In this document: in pieces, positions 1-10,082 of the stretch
Layout: every line of letters begins with the position of its first letter
Position numbering within the stretch: the first letter of the stretch is position 1
Translations under genes and position numbers: made by a program
Assembly (NCBI RefSeq): GCF_004010195.1
Contig: NC_057719.1
Location: 82,292,147-82,312,146, forward strand
Source of the DNA: Chiloscyllium plagiosum
Taxonomy: Eukaryota
DNA length: 20,000 bases
Reading direction: 5' to 3'
The notes under the pieces: generated by a model
What the model was told of the DNA's origin: nothing
The model's input: the letters and a program-made list of their open reading frames with translations, nothing else
Databases searched by the model: none

Positions 1-428
1 GAGGCCAGTTTCCCAGTTCGGGATTTGGTTTTAGCAAGCTATTTTTGCTTACAGCCGCTGGTTAAGTTTTAGCTGGGAACCCAAAGAAACTGTTGAGGAC
101 CCAAAGAAACAGTTCCATGCTGATCCTATCTCTCTCTGACATTGCCCCTGTAAGATCCTATGTTTGATTTTACCTTTTTCGCCAAGGGGTGTTGCAAGTA
201 TCTGGAACAGTGTCATTAAGTTGCAATGCAGTCGATTAAGTTTTCAGATAAGTTGTGTTATTCTATATTCTGTTCTCTTTAGTTTGTGTACAAATAAATT
301 CTGAGTGGGTAGGCCAGCTGCATCATTCCTGGAACATATACTATACCCCTCCTTAAAACAACAAGAAAAGTTAGAGCCTGTGCTATCTTCTTGAAATGTT
401 TTGAGGAGGTCTGGCCTGGTTGATAAAA
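1..428 (+). mobile_element. Possible LTR-like repeat remnant (runs off the left edge)
   Basis: Non-coding, with AATAAA at 293-298. The end (ttgaaatgttttgaggaggtctggcctggttgataaaa) resembles a recalled shark LTR terminus. No internal gag/pol, PBS or TSD seen. Confidence 0.3.
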
Positions 429-662
429 ATAGTACTCATTTCTAATCAAACAAATGCTGAACTTGTTACACCCAGACCTCAAGTGAGTTTCCCAAATTGT
501 CCAGTTCCAGATGGAATGCCCCAAATTGTTTGGCTTTCAAGTGAGGAGATATGAACTGGTTTCCCCATCTTAATTCACCCATATCTTTGTGTGGTCTCAA
601 CAAGGTTAATTTACAAAGGATCCTATCCGTTGTGGGTACCTTTCTGACAGACTTGAGTTTCT

Positions 663-781
663 TATAGAGTCATAGAATCATACAGCATGAAAACAGACCC
701 TTCGGTCCATCCAGTCCATGCCAACCATAATCCCAAACTAAACTAGTCCCACCTGCCTGTTCCTGGTCCGTGTCCCTCCAA
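663..781 (-). mobile_element. CR1 LINE 3' end fragment
   Basis: Reverse complement ends ...ggaccgaagggtctgttttcatgctgtatgattctatgactctata, a CR1 3' UTR with the 8-bp (ATTCTATG-like) tail. It matches the copies at 6000-6222 and 16457-16860. Confidence 0.9.
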
Positions 782-1712
782 TTCATGCACCTATGTAGGC
801 TTTCACAAGTCAACAAAGAGTGGATTTATTAATTACTCATTGCAAGTAGAAACACGCACGCACACACTAGTAATAAGAGGTGAGTCCAAAAAAGAAATAA
901 AACAGCTTTATAGATTGGTCTCTGAATTCTTTGCGTAAAACAAAGAGTTTAACATTGCAGCTCTGCACTGGACGTTACCATTTGCACTGATGTTGGAAGT
1001 TGAAATGTCAATCTGAAGATTCTTAATTCTGCAGAGGATGGTGGGCTTCTATTGTTCTTATATCGGCTTCTATCTTCAAGTGAGAAGCACTTTCTAACGG
1101 TCGCCATTTCAGCAATTTTCCTCTTTTCCCTGTCTAAAGGTAGGACTAGCCCACTGCACTGTGATCACCAACACAGTACGACAAAGAGGTAGGTGTTCAA
1201 TACACTCCAGTCAGAACAGACATTACACTCCATGCACCAATCTGATTCTCAGCAGCTGTCCAGCCAATCAGCTTCTCAAGAAGTCTGCGTTGCCGTGGTA
1301 ACATACATTTCTTACATGCATGTAGCAGCCTTGTCGCTGTGAATAGAGGGTGCAATTTCTTTCCATCACCTGGCTGGTCAAGAACATCTCCCACTCTTAC
1401 TGCCTGTCGATGGTGTGTACCAGAAGGCTTTGCAAGTTGATACTCAGTCTGTTTAGTGAGTTGCTTGACCGTTAAATCCTGGAGCAGGATAGAACTTCTC
1501 GCTTAGTGGAATGGACCCCACCCACTACAAAATAAAATCTCCAACTGTTTCATTAGTAATCAACAAACATGTTTTGAAGAAACTGTTAACAGATTGTAGA
1601 CTCAATAATAATTTGTTTTCATTCTAATCACTTGATATCAAATTGGGGTGATTTTATAATGGAGGCAAGTGATTAATAGGGACTTGCAGACTGTTAGTTG
1701 GGTGTTGGAGTG

Positions 1713-1940
1713 GAGGAGGTTGGTTAGCTTGGAAAGCTGGTTTGTGTTGCTGAGTGACACCAACAGCGTGGCTTCAATTCCCAACACCAGCTGAGGTTAT
1801 CATGAAGGTTCCACCTTCTCAACCTCTCCCTCACGAGCTGTGGTGACTCTGAAGTCAAACCACCGCCGGCTCTCTCTCTCTCCCTCTCTCTAATGAGACA
1901 GCAGCCCCATGGTCCTCTGGGACTATGGTGAGCTTCCCTT
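1713..1940 (+). mobile_element. tRNA-derived SINE, family not assigned
   Basis: Degenerate A-box-like tggttagcttgg, B-box-like ggcttcaattccc (~1770-1782), internal (CT)n and a 3' hairpin ccatggtcc-tctg-ggactatgg (1907-1928). Confidence 0.6.
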
Positions 1941-2164
1941 AATTGGTGATTGAGAGCAGTATATCAGCCAGTAACTAAGCTGATAAGGAGTTGTTACTCT
2001 ACTTACATGATTCAGTGAAGATAACCTCCGTAGGTTTTACAGTAGAAGGAAAATTCTGCTCAGTTTGTAATTTCAGTTAGTTTGTCTCACCCATTTCTAA
2101 GAACAGACTGTGATGTCATCTGGCCTTTGCCAGAACTTGTATTGAATTTCTAAGTAACTATTTC

Positions 2165-2382
2165 ATAGGACCATAGGTACCTACAGTGTGGAAGCAGACC
2201 ATTTGGCCTATCAAGTCTACCTCGACCCTCTGAAGAGCATCCCACCCAGGTCAGCTCCTGTAACCCTGCAGTTCCCATGGCTAGCCCACCTAGCCTGCAC
2301 ATCCCTGGACGCTATGGGCAATTTAGCATGACCAATCCACCCTAACCTGCACATCTTTGCACTGTGGGAGGAAACTAGAGCA
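2165..2382 (-). mobile_element. HE1-like V-SINE, 3' part (interrupted at 2382/2383)
   Basis: Aligns by eye to the intact copy at 4925-5227 (ctacagtgtggaagcag..., gggcaatttagcatg.ccaat, taacctgcacatctttg.actgtgggaggaaac). Confidence 0.85.
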
Positions 2383-2885
2383 GAAAGTGAGGTCTGCAGA
2401 TGCTGGAGATCAAAGTTGAAACTTTATTGCTGGAACAGCACAGCAGGTCAGGCAGCATCCAGGGAACAGGAGATTCGACGTTTCGGGCACAGGCCCTTCT
2501 TCAGGAATGAGCAGAGAGTGTTCAGCAGGAGAAGATAAAAGGTAGGGAGGAGGGACTTGGAGGAGGGGAGTTGGAAATGTGATAGGTGGAAAGAGGTCAA
2601 GGTGAGGGTGATAGGTCGGAGTAGGATGGAGGCGGAGAGGTCAAGAAGAAGACTGCAGGTCAGGAAGGCGGTGCCGGGCTGGAAGGATCCGGCTGAGACA
2701 AGGTGGGGGGAGGGGGGATGAAGAAACTGGTGAAGTCCAAGTTCATCCCCTGCGGTTGGAGGGTTCCCAGTCGGAAGATAAGACGCTCCTCCTCCGACCG
2801 TCGGGTTGTTGTGGTTTGGCGGTGGATGAGTCCAATGACCTGCATATCCTCGGTGGAGTGGGAGGGGGAGTTGAAATGCTGTGCC
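2383..2885 (-). mobile_element. Penelope-like element (Neptune-type) 3' fragment: GIY-YIG C-terminus plus 3' terminal repeat
   Basis: The minus strand encodes AQHFNSPSHSTEDMQVIGLIHRQTTTTRRSEEERLIFRLGTLQPQGMNLDF (PLE endonuclease end). The terminus gatctccagcatctgcagacctcactttc is shared with 8409-8441. Confidence 0.9.
2473..2508 (-). ncRNA. Minimal type I hammerhead ribozyme motif (Penelope-associated)
   Basis: Minus strand reads AUUC-CUGAAGA-A-GGGC-CUGU-GCCC-GAAAC-GUC-GAAU. It has the CUGANGA/GAAA core, a 4-bp stem II, a GUC cleavage triplet, a 4-bp stem I (AUUC/GAAU) and a palindromic ACGU stem III. Confidence 0.8.
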
Positions 2886-2977
2886 CAGAGGAAACCCACG
2901 CAGACACGGGGAGAATGTGCAAATGTTACATAAGCTTTTGTCCGAGGGTAAAATCGAATCCAAATCCTAGGCACTGT
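2884..2977 (-). mobile_element. HE1-like V-SINE, 5' part (continuation of 2165-2382)
   Basis: cccagaggaaacccacgcagacacggggagaatgtgcaaa continues exactly from ...gaaactagagca (compare gagcacccggaggaaacccacg in the 4925-5227 copy). A degenerate B box lies near 2952-2961. Confidence 0.85.
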
Positions 2978-3120
2978 GGCTCTTGTGGTTGTGGTTAAAT
3001 TGTACCCCACAGACCTGAACACAGCCTCCAGGCTGATACTGCCTGGCCAATGATGAGGAGATGCTGAATCTTGAGTACGATGTTAAAACATAATAATCGG
3101 TCCTCTCTGGTAGATGCACA
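2974..3120 (+). mobile_element. Deu-domain SINE (SacSINE1-like), degenerate 5' part
   Basis: ggttgtggttaaattgtaccccacagacctgaacacagcctccaggctgatact...gatgttaaaac resembles the recalled tRNA head and Deu-domain start. Confidence 0.45.
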
Positions 3121-4755
3121 ATTGTTGAAAAAGGGACACATTTGTCAAAATTCTTTGCAAAATGGTCATTTTCAGAAATACCAATTTATATTACATGAAA
3201 GGAAAGTGCTGATTGGTTGGCAAGTGGACTCAAATTGGTAAAGGCGTTGCCATGGAGAATGCACCAATTCAGGCTGTTAGGCAACTTTTTAACTACCAGG
3301 CCTAGCTTAATTTTAAACTAGGTAGGTCGACTCCAATTGGCAGAGCCCTGGGCATTAATAGTTGCAGGTTCCAACACACACACATGCATCACACTGCAAA
3401 CCTGACTGACAGCCCAAAATTAATTACTCTTCAGAAAGTCAGGGCTATCCAAAAAGTGCTGTCCAATTTCAAAATTACATTGAAGTCAGACAGTGTGTTG
3501 TGAGTTTTGAGGGTGCAGGGTGGTTGGGTCTGATCAATACATTTGTTGTTGTGAACATCTGAAGGGATATGCTGTTTAATTTGATTTGCCAATCTTTAGG
3601 GGCACATAGCCAGTATACCTGGCATCATGCTGGCACTGAAGTTCATGTACCACATTACTCACAGACAAAACATTTTCTTGGATTGAGGGCAGCATCCTGT
3701 TGGTGGTGAATACCACATGTGTTGCTGCTACATAGTAGCAGATGCTAACTTCACCTCTAGCCCAGACATTCGAGATACCTTGCCCTCTCAGAGTAGTCTG
3801 AGGAAAACTGGGCACTATTCAGGAACAATAATGACTGCCATTGGGCCTTTCATGAATTTGTGCAATTTATGGCAAGAAATGACCTGATTAGAATAGCCTG
3901 CAGGATGACTTAGCTGCATCCTTTTTTCAGCACGTCTCAGGCCCTATTTATGAGCCTTCCAATAAGGCCAGCTTTTAGGACCAGGAACTATAGGACGTGT
4001 ATACTAACCAGTAGAGGGCAATTTGCAGTAGGCATCATTGGAGAAACTCCCTGACTGATTTGTCTACAGGCACACTGAGGGAAAAAGGCTCATTTGGTGA
4101 CTCAGTTCTGAGATGCATTTGAGCGCAGGGTGGAACTTAATAAGACATGGAAGTAAATTCTTATGTGCAGCTGCAGATTCAAATATAGGAATCGTCCTAT
4201 CTACGTATTGGAAATATACGAGGGGTAGGAAGTTAGGTGTCATTCCATTGAACCCCACGTTTCTCGTGGAACTTGACAAACATGTTTGTGAAGCTGACCC
4301 TTGTGTAGCCACCTATTTGAGAGTACATGGTGCTGTTTGAAACGAAACTCAACTGTGCGAGTTGCTGAGTTCAAAATCTCAATGAATACTGATTCACGCA
4401 GTGGTGGTAGGTCTGGGTGACCATGAGAAAAGGTTACAGTGCAGGCATCTAGGGCTTCCTTGAGTAGGGCCCCTTTGGAGAATAACCAGCAGTGTCGAAT
4501 GAGCACGTGAACATTGCACTGCTATTGATATGCAAGTCCCTTATGGTCTTTGCAAATGTGAAGGGATCCCTGATCATATAAGTGGAAAACTTGCTCAAAG
4601 CTTATTGTAACAACTCGCCCAACTATTTGACCAGATCGTGTTGTGCGGAACTGGTCACAGCCAGGAGAGGGTGGAAAGGGATATCAGTTTTGAGTGTCTT
4701 GGACAGCTCACATATATGTGGATGCAGTGAGCTGTGGGGATGAACTCTGCCACAG
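3121..4755 (-). mobile_element. Penelope-like element (Poseidon/Penelope-type), 5'-truncated and decayed RT + GIY-YIG
   Basis: Minus-strand fragments: SAQHDLVK*LGELL...DPFTFAKTIRDLHI (RT N-part), VFIEILNSATRTVEF, YFQYVDRT (decayed YVDD), FHPALK, and VVFTTNRMLPSIQENVLSVSNVVHELQCQHDARYTG (GIY-YIG start). Many stops and frameshifts. No Cys-rich linker seen. Confidence 0.8.
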
Positions 4756-4868
4756 GTTACTATGTTTCCAAATTCCAAGATTAACTGCACTTTGGAAGTG
4801 CTTCATTATCTGTAGGATGCTTTGAGATCATGAAGATGCTCTGTAAGTGTCTATTTTTCTTTCTTTTA
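4756..4868 (+). mobile_element. Deu-domain SINE (SacSINE1-like) 3' tail
   Basis: actgcactttggaagtgcttcattatctgtaggatgctttgagatcatgaagatgctctgtaagtg...ctttctttt is similar to the tail at 13345-13517. Confidence 0.55.
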
Positions 4869-4924
4869 CATTCCACCATTAAACCTCATGGCGGAATGCT
4901 ATTGTAATACAGGCAATTAAATCA

Positions 4925-5227
4925 ATTAGATTAGATTACTTACAGTGTGGAAACAGGCCCTTCGGCCCAACAAGTCCACACCGACCCGCCGAAGCGCAAC
5001 CCACCCATACCCCTTTTACCTAACACAACGGGCAATTTAGCATGGCCAATTCACCTGACCTGCACCTCTTTGGACTGTGGGAGGAAACCGGAGCACCCGG
5101 AGGAAACCCACGCAGACACGGGGAGAATGTGCAAACTCCACACAGTCAGTCGCCTGAGTCGGGAATTGAACCCGGGTCTCTGGCGCTGTGAGGCAGCAGT
5201 GCTAACCACTGTGCCACCGTGCCGCCC
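4925..5227 (-). mobile_element. HE1-like V-SINE, near full length and young
   Basis: Minus strand has A box tggcacagtgg (5206-5216), B box ggttcaattcc (5162-5172), the V-domain (gtttcctccgggtgctccggtttcctcccacagtccaaaga) and a CR1-like tail ending in (aatct)n. CpGs are retained. Confidence 0.92.
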
Positions 5228-5526
5228 ATATTGTGGACATTTGTTGAATTAACATCTTATAAATGCAGGATAAATACCTGCTCTTTCTCTTGAAGCTAAT
5301 TCTTTTCACAGATTAGCCCAGTTCTGAAGCTGGCTTTGGCTAGCAACAGGAGTAACTGAGTTCATTAAGGCTTCCTAACCCAGTCCTCCACCGAAAACTT
5401 TGACTCTTACCAATTTGTGCCGAATTAAGTTAACTGGACTTGGACACCTGAGCTGTGCGCTCATCAACAGAGATCAACAATTTTCCCCAGTAGTGTATAT
5501 CTTATTCATGAAGGTTGCGAATGTAA

Positions 5527-5740
5527 TTTTTTTATTCACTCAAGGGATGTGGGCATCACTGACTTGGTCAGTTCTTATTGTTCGTCCCTAGTTGTCCCTT
5601 GAGAAGGTGGGGGTGAGCTGCCATCTTGAACTGCTGCAGTCCACCTGCTGTGGGTTGACCCACAATTCCCTGAGGGAGGGAATTCCAGGATTTTGATCCA
5701 GTCACAGTGAAGAAACAGGCTTGGACCTGGTGATGTTCCC
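5527..5740 (-). mobile_element. CR1-group LINE 3' end (second family)
   Basis: Minus strand encodes WNSLPQGIVGQPTAGGLQQFKMAAHPHLLKGQLG (ORF2 C-terminal WNSLP motif), then a short 3' UTR and A-rich tail. A related copy lies at 19380-19530. Confidence 0.8.
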
Positions 5741-5999
5741 AAATTACGTTACGTGACAGTGAAAATTTAACATTACATGAAGTACAATATAAATCAATAA
5801 AGTATATGAGATGTCTCACCAGGTTTTCCAGTAAAGCTCATAACTACAATTTCATGTCAAATATTGGCTGATACCGGGGTATTTTCCTCATTTCCTGCCT
5901 CTCAGTATACTATGGTGAGAGGACCTTATGCTGTGGCCTTTCCCCATGAGTCTTTGCAGCAGTCTCCCCAAACTTTAGTGCATTCTCAGAACAACATGC

Positions 6000-6222
6000 A
6001 CAGGGTGGTGCGTGTATGGACTGAGCTGCGAGAGGAAGTGGTGGAGGCTGGTACAATTGCAGCATTTAAAAGGCATCTGTATGGGTACATGTATAGGAAA
6101 GGCTTAAGAGGGATATGGGCCAAGTGCTGGCAAATGGGACTAGATTAATTTAGGCTATCTGGTCGGCATGGACGAGTTGGACTGAAGGGTCTGTTTCCGT
6201 GCTGTACATCTCTATGATTCTA
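6000..6222 (+). mobile_element. CR1 LINE 3' end fragment
   Basis: Encodes RVVRVWTELREEVVEAGTIAAFKRHLYGYM (ORF2 end). The 3' UTR ends ctctatgattcta. Confidence 0.92.
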
Positions 6223-6736
6223 AACAGTCCTGGGCCTTAACACTATTTGAATTGAATAACCTCAAACATTGGAGAGACCAAAGAGTATAATTCACCAAGA
6301 CGAGGGTCTTCGAGCAGCAGATGATATTTGCTTTGCAGGGAACAGCTCGTAGAGCTACATCATGGGACTGGAGCTATTTGTGATGAACTGTGACAAAGGC
6401 CACCGCACCTCTTTGGAGACTTTCTCTGCAAAAGCTCATTGGGTAAGTTGGTTTGGAGATGGCTAATCTCCCCACTAGGTTTGTAGTGGAGGCGGACACA
6501 AGAACAGTTATCCTCTATATCGTGAAATTCAACAAATGAATTTGTTGGATCAACTTGTTGGGTATTTAATAGTCAAATTAAACAGGAAAAAAGATAGGGA
6601 ATAAGAAGAGATCTATCAAACTGAATGTGTTTGTAGGCCATGCGCAAGCTGCCAATCTTCAAAGATGGGCAAAAATATCGACAGCTTGTTCTTCTAGGCT
6701 TCTATCCCTCATGAATCCTGTATCATTATTAGTCAT

Positions 6737-8441
6737 ACCTCAACACCATCCTGTTCCCCTTAGTCCAGGAACTACTCACCTACATTCATGACAACACCCA
6801 TGCACTTCACCTCCTCCAAGATTTTCATTTCCCCGGCCCCCAATTCCTCATCTTCACCATGGACATCCAGTTCCTGTATACATCAATCCATCATGTCCAG
6901 AGCCTCTAAGCCCTCCGTTTCTTCCTCTCCCGACATCCCCACCAGCACCCTTCCACTGACACTCTCATTCGTTTGTCTGAACTGGTGCTCACCCTCAACA
7001 ACTTCTCCTTCCAATCCTCCCACTTCCTCCAAACCAAAGGGGTAGCCATAGGCACCTACATGGGACCCAGCTATGCCTGCCTGTTTGTTAGATATGTGGA
7101 ACAGTCCATCTTCTGCAGTTACACTGGCTCCACCCTCCCACCTGTTCCTCCACTACGTCAATGACTGTATCAGCGCCACGTCATGCTCCCACAAGGAGGT
7201 TGAACAGTTCATCAACTTTATCAACACCTTCCACCTGACCTCAAATTCACCTGGACCGTCTCAGACTCCTCCCTCCCCTTCCTGGACCATCACCATCTAG
7301 CGACTGACTAAGCACAGACATATACTACAAGCCCACTGACTCCCACAGCTACCTCATGTAAAAATGCCATCCCTTATTCCCAATTCCGCTGCCTCCAGTG
7401 CATATGTTTCCAGGGTGACCAATTCCACCTCAAAGTTCCGGATGGCCTCCTTCTTCTACGATCGCAACTTCCCTTCCCACGTGGTTGACTATGCCCTCCA
7501 GTGCATCTCCTCCACTTCATGCACCACCGTCCTTGAACCCCACCCTTCCCAACGCAACAAGGTCAGAACCCCCTTGGTCTTCACCTCCCATTCCACCAAA
7601 CTCTGCATACAATGCATCATTCTCTGCCACTTCTGCTACCTCCAAATGGACCTCACCACCAGAGATATATTTTCCTCCCCACCCCTATCAGCGTTCCGGA
7701 AAGACCATTCCCTCCGCGATTCCCTCATCAGGTCCACACACCCCCACCAGCCCACACCCCACTCCTGGCACCTTTCCCTGCCACTACAGGAAGTGCAAAA
7801 CCTGTGCCCACACCACTCCCCTCACCTCCGTCCAAGGCCCCAAGGGATCCTTCCGCATCCATACCTCTCCCAATGTCATTTACTGTATCCACTGCACCTG
7901 GTGTGGTCTCCTCTACATTGGGGAGACAGGACGCCTTCTTGTGGATCGTTTCAGAGAACATCTCAGGGACACCCACACCCAACAACTCCACCACCCAGTG
8001 GCTGAACACTTCAACTCCCCTCCCAAACAGTTACAACCCAACGCCTGGAGGAGGGACGCCTCATATTCCGCCTTGGAACCCTGCAACCACACGGGATAAA
8101 ATGCGGATTTCAATAGCTTCCTCATTTCCCCTCCCCACACATTATCCCAGTCCCAAGCCTCCAACTTGGCACCACCCTCCGGACCTGTCCATCACTCCCC
8201 CCTCTGACCTATCACCTTCTCCCTCACCTTCATCCACCTAACACTTTCCTAGTTACCTTTCCCCAAACCCCACGTTCTCCCATTTATCTCTCAACCCTGA
8301 CCCACAAGTCTCTTTCCTGATGAAGGACTTATGCCCGAAACGTCGATTTTCCTGCTTCTTGGATGCTGCCTGACCTGCTGTGCTTTTCCAGCACCACACT
8401 CTTGATTCTGATCTCCAGCATCTGCGGTCCTCACTTTCTCC
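6737..8441 (+). mobile_element. Penelope-like element (Neptune-type), 5'-truncated pseudogenised RT + GIY-YIG
   Basis: Fragments FLIFTMDIQ, ELVLTLNNFSFQSSHFLQTKGVAIGTYMGPSYACLFV, YVND (7154-7165, decayed YxDD), Cys linker PCHYRKCKTCAH and GIY-YIG NVIYCIHCTWCGLLYIGETGR...RFREHL. It carries a 3' terminal repeat with a hammerhead motif and is flanked by a 14-bp direct repeat. Confidence 0.93.
8313..8348 (+). ncRNA. Minimal hammerhead ribozyme motif, partly decayed
   Basis: UUUC-CUGAUGA-A-GGAC-UUAU-GCCC-GAAAC-GUC-GAUU. The core is intact, with one A-C mismatch in stem II and only 2 bp in stem I. Confidence 0.65.
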
Positions 8442-8483
8442 TCATTATTAATCATGGATGAGTGCACAGGATACCAACTACAA

Positions 8484-8802
8484 GTAAGGACCTGCATTCA
8501 TGTTGTACACCTCATGGCTTCATGACAGCCAAATAAGTATTTTTCAAGTATATCATTGTCACAGATGATGCAGGTGATGCAGGTGCGAGACATAAATAAA
8601 GATCAGAAAATGTTCACTTCTCCAAAATATTAGATTTGGATTTTTAAAATTTCCATCTGGGAGGTTTTAACATATTATCCAGGCAATTACAGTCAGCACT
8701 GTTCTGCAACATCATTCTGGATTATGCAGTCGTTGTCTTCCGAGTGGGATTTGAACCCAGATCCCTCAGTGTAGGGTGCTACTCACTGAATTGCAGCTGA
8801 CA
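8484..8802 (-). mobile_element. Deu-domain SINE (SacSINE1-like), degenerate
   Basis: Minus-strand tRNA head tgtcagctgcaattcagtgagtagcaccc...ctgggttcaaatcccactc (B box). The tail side ends ...aatgcaggtcctt. Confidence 0.65.
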
Positions 8803-9853
8803 GGTAGGAACACTGATTGATCATTCCCTCTCTACCTGTCCTGGTTCCAATGTCATTGCCCTGTATGACTAGTACTGTGTCAAACAGTGTCTGTTACCTG
8901 GAGAAGGGGTCCAATTCACATTGAACCATCTCGACCTTCCACCTCTCCCCCTAACCTTCTCAGTCCAATTGCGTGATCCCTTGTGCAGTCCTTTTTATTA
9001 AGGGTTTGGCCCGTCAGGCCAATGCCTCCGGGTCTCAATTTTGTTTTGTCGTTGCTGTTCTGCACCTTTAATTACAGTTGCCAACGCTGGAAGCAGCTGG
9101 ATTGAAAGGCTGAAGAGTCAGGCTTGGAGTGAGAGTCACAGAAAGATAAATGGTACTTACAGCAGAAGACAGTGTGTTCAACACTCTTTCCAACACTAAT
9201 GATAGTCCCAATGCAACAGACTGAGAAAAGCCCTGATTGAGCACTGATTTCCGATGCCTGTAGGGACAGTTTAGTTACAGTTGTCAAGGAGGTGTACCAT
9301 GGTGAAGGTAACTTGACATCCAACTCTATGGTGGAAAGTTTGTCTTCAAGCGTGATCTCCTTAGCTCCACAAAAGTCAAGCCCTCTGAGGAGTGGACACT
9401 TGTCCCAGTTCTATTAAGGAATGGATGTTCTTGTGCATTTAAGAGATATTCTTCACAATAACAGAGTGTAAGTGCATCGGTATTTGTAGGAAGCATATAG
9501 TAATAATTGTTAAATGAATAGCAAATACGTCAGCACATTTACACTGGTACAGGTTACCAGAGTATATACAAGTGCAGGCCCGAGCTCAAGGGTTAATAGC
9601 TGGGATCTAGTATTGACAAATTCTGAAACAACTATTCTGACAACTTGCTTTCTATCAGTCAGATTACATGAGAGTTCACATTACCTCAGCCTAGTATCCC
9701 CGGCTTTAACAAGAATGTGCCCTCAAATCTTACCAAATTTTACTCAAGTTGTCAATCAAATGTTCAACTGGAGCCACTTCCTGGGGATCCGAGATCTCCC
9801 ATGTTATGATCCCAATTGAAACCACTAACTTCGTGTCCCGAACATATGAATTC

Positions 9854-10069
9854 TTAGAATCATAAAATCCCTACAGTGTAGAGCAGACTATTTGGCCTCT
9901 TGAGTCCACATCAACCCTCCGAAGACTCACTTTATCCCTGTACCCTGCCTTTCCCATGGCCAATCTACCTAACCTGCACAGCTTTGGACTGTAGGAGGAA
10001 ACAGTCCTCAGGCATCGAACCTGAGTCCCTGGCTCTGTGAGGCAACAGTGCTAACCACTGAGCCACCAT
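9854..10069 (-). mobile_element. HE1-like V-SINE with internal deletions
   Basis: A box tggctcagtgg, B-box-like ggttcgatgcc, cctaacctgcacagctttggactgtaggaggaaac and a CR1-like tail. Confidence 0.85.
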
Positions 10070-10082
10070 CTCACTCAACAGC

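Noticed and set aside
79..111. Direct repeat acccaaagaaac x2 (period 20), plus 9-bp duplications near 8567-8585 and 11070-11088
   Set aside because: Short local slippage duplications inside decayed repeats, with no sign of function.
464..1591. Solo LTR bounded by tgtta...taaca
   Set aside because: No matching TSD (gaact versus gattg) and no second copy or internal domain to support the boundaries.
3121..3200. Hammerhead motif at the 3' end of the Poseidon-type element
   Set aside because: No CUGANGA...GAAA core is recognisable on the minus strand. It was probably deleted or decayed.
5160..5227. tRNA gene
   Set aside because: A and B boxes are present but run into the V-SINE body and LINE tail. 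It is a SINE head, as at 10069 and 18335.
7364..8241. Three overlapping ~200-aa ORFs as host genes
   Set aside because: All lie in the C-rich, frameshifted Penelope element. Only parts carry real PLE motifs and the rest are stop-poor shadow frames.
9514..9819. 101-aa ORF and other short ORFs in unique sequence (e.g. 13225-13461, 14029-14376)
   Set aside because: No recognisable domains, lengths expected by chance, and some overlap repeats.
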